A stretch of DNA of 32,000 bases from Nostoc sp. PCC 7120 = FACHB-418 (GTDB lineage Bacteria; Cyanobacteriota; Cyanobacteriia; Cyanobacteriales; Nostocaceae), in NCBI RefSeq assembly GCF_000009705.1, contig NC_003272.1, forward strand, positions 1,470,001 through 1,502,000, in the 5' to 3' direction. Below are positions 27,797 to 32,000 of this stretch, in pieces (position 1 is the stretch's first letter; every line of letters starts with the position of its first letter). The position numbers were made by a program, and so were the translations under genes. A model generated the notes under the pieces. It saw nothing but the letters and a program-made list of their open reading frames with translations, was not told the DNA's origin and did not search any database.

Positions 27797-28345
27797 ATTC
27801 CCCTATTGTTTTGTTAGTACAGTTTGTGACTGTTGACAAAAATGCTGCTGTGTGTACGTTATTTTAGGTGATACACTTATATTAATAAATATTTCACAAA
27901 CTTGACAGCACTACCAAAAGGTACATCTAATTATCTTGACATTCACCCTTTAGTTCTGTTGTTATGAATCGCCTGTCAGACTGAGGTTTCACAACTTATG
28001 AATTTTCTTGGTTTATCAAAAAAATATATTTGACTATAGGACTCTTACTTGATTTTTGAAATACACGTAGGGGAGCCACTGCGTTGGAAGGGTTTCCCGG
28101 CTTGGAGCAAGTGGCGTTGGGCATTGCCCACCCTACAGATACTGAGAATTTTATGCGTCAGCGCAGGCTACGCCAACAGAAATCAAATCGGATTCCTATA
28201 GTTAAAAACTGATTTGTATATAAACGTTTTCTATCCACAGCTAGATGTTTTTACTGTGCGAGTACAAAATTTATATCTCATAGCTTCTCCAAGCTGAGGC
28301 TTTAGATACTATCCACCCATTGAGAAAAATAAGTGTAATAAAACA

Positions 28346-29314
28346 GTGGTAACAATAGATAATTCAATGACTGCAACCCAGTTAAACGACCTGCCTCAAA
28401 CGGCACAGTTACGAAAAAACGCTCAACCAGAGTTAGGACTGGTTTGCATTACATTTGATAAAAAAGTGCGCTTTCGGACAATGACGCGCACACGGTATTT
28501 AAAACTTTCTCTCGCTCAACGTGAAAGCAGCTTAAGAGAAATATATCTGCATAACTTGCAGTGCTTACATGATGCCCTCACATTTTGCCAGGAAAACAAT
28601 CTTCGCCTGTATCGCATTTCCTCAGCTTTATTTCCCCTCAGCGATATGGAAGACCAAATTGGGAGCAATATATTAGAAGAAATTAGCACTGATTTGGGGA
28701 AAATTGGTGAGCGATCGCAAGCTCTCAATATCAGAATGGTACTACACCCAGATCAATATGTAGTCCTCAGTTCCGACTCTCCCGAAATCGTCCAAACTAG
28801 TATCAAAATCTTAGAACGGCACGCCCGTACTTTCGACTTACTAGGCTTACCTCGTTCTCCTTGGTCATTGATGAACATTCACGGCGGTAAATCTCAACGT
28901 AGTGAACAACTAATCAAAGTCATCTCCAACCTGCCAGAAAACATCAAAAGCCGTTTGACATTAGAAAACGACGAATACGCTTACAGCACCGAAGAAATAT
29001 TCAACGTGTGCCAAAAAGCGCAAATACCAATGGTCTTCGATGCCCATCACCAAATTTGCCACGAAAACCTAGATAGCTACGATCATCCCAGCGTCGCCGC
29101 CATGTTTTACGCCGCCAGAGAAACCTGGACAAACCCAGAATGGCAACTAGTCCATATTTCCAACGGCGAACAAGCATTCAACGATCGCAAACACAGCAAT
29201 CTCATCACCAATATGCCCAACATCTATAGACAAGCGCCGTGGATAGAAGTCGAAGCCAAACACAAAGAAGTAGCGATCGCCCACTTGCGCTCATGGTGGC
29301 TTATGGGACAATAG
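28346..29314 (+). CDS. uvsE: UV DNA damage endonuclease (UvdE/UvsE)
   Basis: 322-aa ORF with a GTG start; an alternative ATG is at 28367. LGLVCITF...VRFRTMT, LYRISSALFPL, VLHPDQYVVL, NIHGG, LTLENDE and VFDAHHH follow the TIM-barrel UvdE pattern. Confidence 0.88.
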   Translation: MVTIDNSMTATQLNDLPQTAQLRKNAQPELGLVCITFDKKVRFRTMTRTRYLKLSLAQRESSLREIYLHNLQCLHDALTFCQENNLRLYRISSALFPLSDMEDQIGSNILEEISTDLGKIGERSQALNIRMVLHPDQYVVLSSDSPEIVQTSIKILERHARTFDLLGLPRSPWSLMNIHGGKSQRSEQLIKVISNLPENIKSRLTLENDEYAYSTEEIFNVCQKAQIPMVFDAHHQICHENLDSYDHPSVAAMFYAARETWTNPEWQLVHISNGEQAFNDRKHSNLITNMPNIYRQAPWIEVEAKHKEVAIAHLRSWWLMGQ

Positions 29315-29373
29315 TTCTTTGATATAAAAGCACTTTGTGATTTTGCGTTTTTGCGCGAACATAATAAAAGAAT

Positions 29374-30972
29374 ATGGCGATCGCGATTGACTTTGGTACA
29401 AGTAACACCGTAATTGCTCGTTGGAACCCCGTCACCCAACAACCAGAAACCATCACCTTACCAGGCTTATCCATCCAGCAAAGCCTCAATCCCCCACTAA
29501 TTCCCAGCTTGGTTTACGTAGAAGATGCCAACCAAAGTAAAATCTTAGTAGGGCAACAAGTACGCGATCGCGGTCTTGACCTCAAAGGTGATACCCGATT
29601 CTTTCGCAGCTTCAAACGAGGAATTGGGGCAGATATCCAAGGCTTCTTACCAGAACTAGACGGGCAAATTGTCACCTTTGAACAAGTCGGACAATGGTTC
29701 CTCACCGAAGTTATTCAACAACTAGCACCCCTAGAAGGCGGTTTAGATTCCCTAGTATTAACAGTACCTGTAGATAGCTTTGAAGCTTATCGTTATTGGT
29801 TAGGTCAAGTCTGCCAAGCCCTACCTGTGGAACAAGTGCGGATGTTAGATGAACCCACAGCCGCCGCCTTGGGTTATGGTTTAGCAGACCAAGAAATTCT
29901 CTTAGTAGTTGATTTTGGTGGCGGGACATTAGATTTATCCCTCGTCCAGTTAAATAAAAGCGCCCAAACAAATACAAAACCTGTAGGATTCTTACTCAAA
30001 TGGGGTAATAAATCCCTAGCAGAAGAATCTAAACAAAAAACCAAAACTGCCCGTGTATTGGCGAAAGCCGGGCAGAATTTAGGCGGTACAGATATTGATA
30101 ATTGGTTAGTAGATTACTTTGCCAAAACTCAAGGGCTAGGGATAAGCCCTTTAACAACGCGACTAGCAGAAAGGATAAAAATTCAACTATCAGCCCAAAA
30201 CCAAGCCAGTGAAGTTTATTTTGATGATGAAAACTTTGAAAGTTACGAATTGGAATTAAATCGGGATACTTTAGAAAGCATCCTCAAAGAACATGGGTTT
30301 TTTGAGCAGTTAGATGATGCAATGGCTAATTTATTACAACAAGCACGCCGCCAAGGAATCGAACTAGCAGATATTAATGCAGTGTTATTAGTTGGTGGTA
30401 CAGTACAACTACCCGCAGTGCAGACATGGGTAAAGCAATATTTTCAGCCAGAGAAAATCCGTTGTGAAAAACCATTTGAGGCGATCGCTCAAGGTGCATT
30501 GCAACTATCTCAAGGTGTAGAAATCAAAGACTTTCTCTACCACAGTTATGGTGTGCGCTATTGGGATCGTCGCAATCAACGCCACAGTTGGCATTCAATT
30601 ATTAAGGCTGGGCAAGGCTACCCCATGAATCAGCCAGTAGAATTGGTTTTAGGCGCTTCTTTGGAGAATCAATCAAGTATTGAATTAATCTTGGGTGAAC
30701 TAGGTACAGAGACGGGGGGAACAGAAGTATATTTTGATGGCGATCGCTTAATTACCCGCCGCCTAGATACCGGTGTCACCAGCGTTAAACCCCTCAACGA
30801 TAAAGAAGGCGCAAGAACTATAGCCCAACTCACACCACCAGGATTTCCGGGGAGCGATCGTATTAAAATCTTGTTTCAAGTTGATGAACAGCGCTTTTTA
30901 CGCATCACCGTTGAAGATTTATTGACTAATGATACTTTGCTAGAAAATCAACTGGTGGCACAGTTGAGTTAA
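29374..30972 (+). CDS. Hsp70-family (DnaK-like) protein, short form without a helical lid
   Basis: 532-aa ORF. Actin-fold ATPase motifs: IDFGTSNT, DEPTAAALGYG, VVDFGGGTLDLSLV and LLVGGTVQLPAV. About 150 aa of beta-rich C-terminal sequence follow. The protein is roughly 100 aa shorter than canonical DnaK. Confidence 0.85.
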   Translation: MAIAIDFGTSNTVIARWNPVTQQPETITLPGLSIQQSLNPPLIPSLVYVEDANQSKILVGQQVRDRGLDLKGDTRFFRSFKRGIGADIQGFLPELDGQIVTFEQVGQWFLTEVIQQLAPLEGGLDSLVLTVPVDSFEAYRYWLGQVCQALPVEQVRMLDEPTAAALGYGLADQEILLVVDFGGGTLDLSLVQLNKSAQTNTKPVGFLLKWGNKSLAEESKQKTKTARVLAKAGQNLGGTDIDNWLVDYFAKTQGLGISPLTTRLAERIKIQLSAQNQASEVYFDDENFESYELELNRDTLESILKEHGFFEQLDDAMANLLQQARRQGIELADINAVLLVGGTVQLPAVQTWVKQYFQPEKIRCEKPFEAIAQGALQLSQGVEIKDFLYHSYGVRYWDRRNQRHSWHSIIKAGQGYPMNQPVELVLGASLENQSSIELILGELGTETGGTEVYFDGDRLITRRLDTGVTSVKPLNDKEGARTIAQLTPPGFPGSDRIKILFQVDEQRFLRITVEDLLTNDTLLENQLVAQLS

Positions 30973-31064
30973 ATTAGTTTGGGGTGGAATGGATTTAAGT
31001 TTACGGGTTTTATCTATAATTGAGTGCGATCGCCTAAATCTTCAACATGAAAAAGACAGCAGTT

Positions 31065-31106
31065 TTTCCCCCTTCCCTCGTAGGGAAGGGGGTTAGGGGG
31101 TTAGGT
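31065..31106. repeat. Dispersed hairpin repeat, left copy flanking the DUF559 gene
   Basis: tttcccccttccctcgtagggaagggggttagggggttaggt. It overlaps the last two codons and stop of the DUF559 ORF. The same orientation occurs at 31592-31632 and the reverse complement at 901-933. Confidence 0.8.
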
Positions 31107-31502
31107 CTCTTCACAACAAACCTCAGAAATGAGCATCAAAACCTGATCAATTTCCTGTACAACTTCCTCATTTTTAACTCTTAACAAACGCAGCCCTCTA
31201 GCTAACAAAACCCTGTCCCGTTCTGCGTCATATTCAGCTTGTAATTCATGAATTTTTCCATCCACCTCTATCACTAATCTAGCGGCGTGACAGTAAAAAT
31301 CTGCAATAAAACCATCAATAATTTGCTGACGACGAAAGTGTAAACCATTGAGACGATTACCGCGAAGATGTTGCCAAAGAATTTTTTCTGCTGGTGTCAT
31401 TTGGCGACGAAATTCTTTTGCACGGTGCATTTTATCTGGGTTGATTTTTTGTCCGATAACTATATTGTTAGTTTGGTCTATTTTTGGTGTTGGATTATTC
31501 AT
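31101..31502 (-). CDS. DUF559 domain endonuclease (Vsr-like PD-(D/E)XK fold)
   Basis: 133-aa ORF. MTPAEKILWQHLRGNRLNGLHFRRQQIIDGFIADFYCHAARLVIEVDGKIHE...DAERDRVLLARGLRLLRV is the typical DUF559 core. Confidence 0.85.
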   Translation of the reverse strand: MNNPTPKIDQTNNIVIGQKINPDKMHRAKEFRRQMTPAEKILWQHLRGNRLNGLHFRRQQIIDGFIADFYCHAARLVIEVDGKIHELQAEYDAERDRVLLARGLRLLRVKNEEVVQEIDQVLMLISEVCCEET

Positions 31503-31558
31503 GTATGAATTATGGAGGCTGGTGTTGATTCATACATTATGGCTGACCTCTCCCCCAA

Positions 31559-31632
31559 CCCCTCTCCGACGCGGAGAGGGGAGCTAGATTTCTCCCCCTT
31601 CCCGTGTAGGTAAGGGGGCTGGGGGGTTAGGT
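31559..31632. repeat. Two-module dispersed repeat, right side of the DUF559 gene
   Basis: Hairpin cccctctccg-acg-cggagagggg (31559-31581), followed by ctcccccttcccgtgtaggtaagggggctggggggttaggt (31592-31632). The same two modules occur in reverse orientation at 979-1001 and 901-933. Confidence 0.8.
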
Positions 31633-31753
31633 TTATGTGGAATATGGGAAGGTGCGACCATAACCCAATCTTAAGAAAATATTCAAGTATCAAATACAAC
31701 TTATGAATATCGTATAATTTTTCAGTGTAAATATAATTTTAAAAACACTAAGT

Positions 31754-32000
31754 ATGAGCATTACACCTCGTGGAATGAGTGTTACAGAAGCTTATCGTCT
31801 CTATCGTTCAGGCAGTTTATTGGTGAATAGGAAGTATCAAAGAAAGCTTGTTTGGACAGTTTTGGAAAAAGAAAAATTAATTGGAAGTATTTTAAAAGGA
31901 TATCCTATCCCGTTGATTCTACTAGCAGAACGCCCTCAGATACACGGTAGTGGCAAATATGAAATTATTGATGGAATGCAACGTCTTAATGCAATTTTTA
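31754..32000 (+). CDS. Partial ORF (5' end only, runs off the window): DUF262 / GmrSD-N / ParB-like domain protein
   Basis: This ORF is not in the supplied track because it has no stop codon within the window. From the ATG at 31754 it reads MSITPRGMSVTEAYRLYRSGSLLVNRKYQRKLVWTVLEKEKLIGSILKGYPIPLILLAERPQIHGSGKYEIIDGMQRLNAIF. The YQR..VW, GYPIP and IDGxQRL motifs match the DUF262 N-terminal signature as I remember it. Confidence 0.65.
   Translation, partial: MSITPRGMSVTEAYRLYRSGSLLVNRKYQRKLVWTVLEKEKLIGSILKGYPIPLILLAERPQIHGSGKYEIIDGMQRLNAIF

Noticed and set aside
27816-27830. agtacagtttgtgac in the spacer upstream of uvsE, as a possible cyanobacterial LexA box (RGTACNNNDGTWCB)
   Set aside because: The second half-site does not fit: T stands where the invariant G is required.
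3316-31033. About 30 occurrences of the HIP1 palindrome GCGATCGC spread through genes and spacers
   Set aside because: This is a real and strong enrichment, but it is a well-known genome-wide signature of many cyanobacteria and not a local feature. I used it only for taxonomic inference.
31047-31699. Small or overlapping ORFs around the DUF559 gene (45 aa from the ATG at 31047; 31348-31587 plus strand; 31499-31699 minus strand)
   Set aside because: They are encoded by the dispersed hairpin repeats or lie antisense to the DUF559 gene. The Gly/Pro/Leu-rich products derive from the repeats.
1-32000. Search for CRISPR arrays, tRNA/rRNA/tmRNA/RNase P signatures, transposase or integrase genes
   Set aside because: I saw no repeat-spacer periodicity in the 28-37 bp repeat range and no T-loop or acceptor-type strings. 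The GGAAAGTCCGG (RNase P) string and a tmRNA 3' end are absent, and no ORF has transposase or recombinase motifs. An eye scan can miss divergent RNAs.

Overview
This window looks like chromosomal DNA from a filamentous, Nostocales-type cyanobacterium. Three things support that: psb27 is present, the HIP1 octamer GCGATCGC occurs about 30 times by eye (under 1 expected by chance), and many STRR-type heptamer tandem repeats sit in the intergenic spacers. Most of the window is conserved housekeeping genes: clpP, an RNase II/R-family exoribonuclease followed by ubiX, aroK, argB, pdxH, an AI-2E permease, polA, psb27, a class IV aminotransferase, ftsH and uvsE. Cyanobacteria-specific membrane, lipoprotein and hypothetical genes are interspersed among them. 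I found no rRNA, tRNA, CRISPR array, transposase or integrase. I cannot point to a clearly novel multi-gene system. The most accessory-looking part is the last ~1 kb. It holds a DUF559 (Vsr-like) endonuclease gene bracketed by direct copies of a hairpin repeat. After it comes an ORF missing from the supplied track because it runs off the window; its N-terminus looks like DUF262 (GmrSD/ParB-like), which may mark the edge of a defence island. Other items worth a second look are two long ORF-free intergenic regions (7296-8703 and 2049-3003), a two-copy palindromic element whose loop is flipped between the copies, and heptamer arrays that abut start codons. Every family assignment comes from motif recognition by eye. 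No database search was run.
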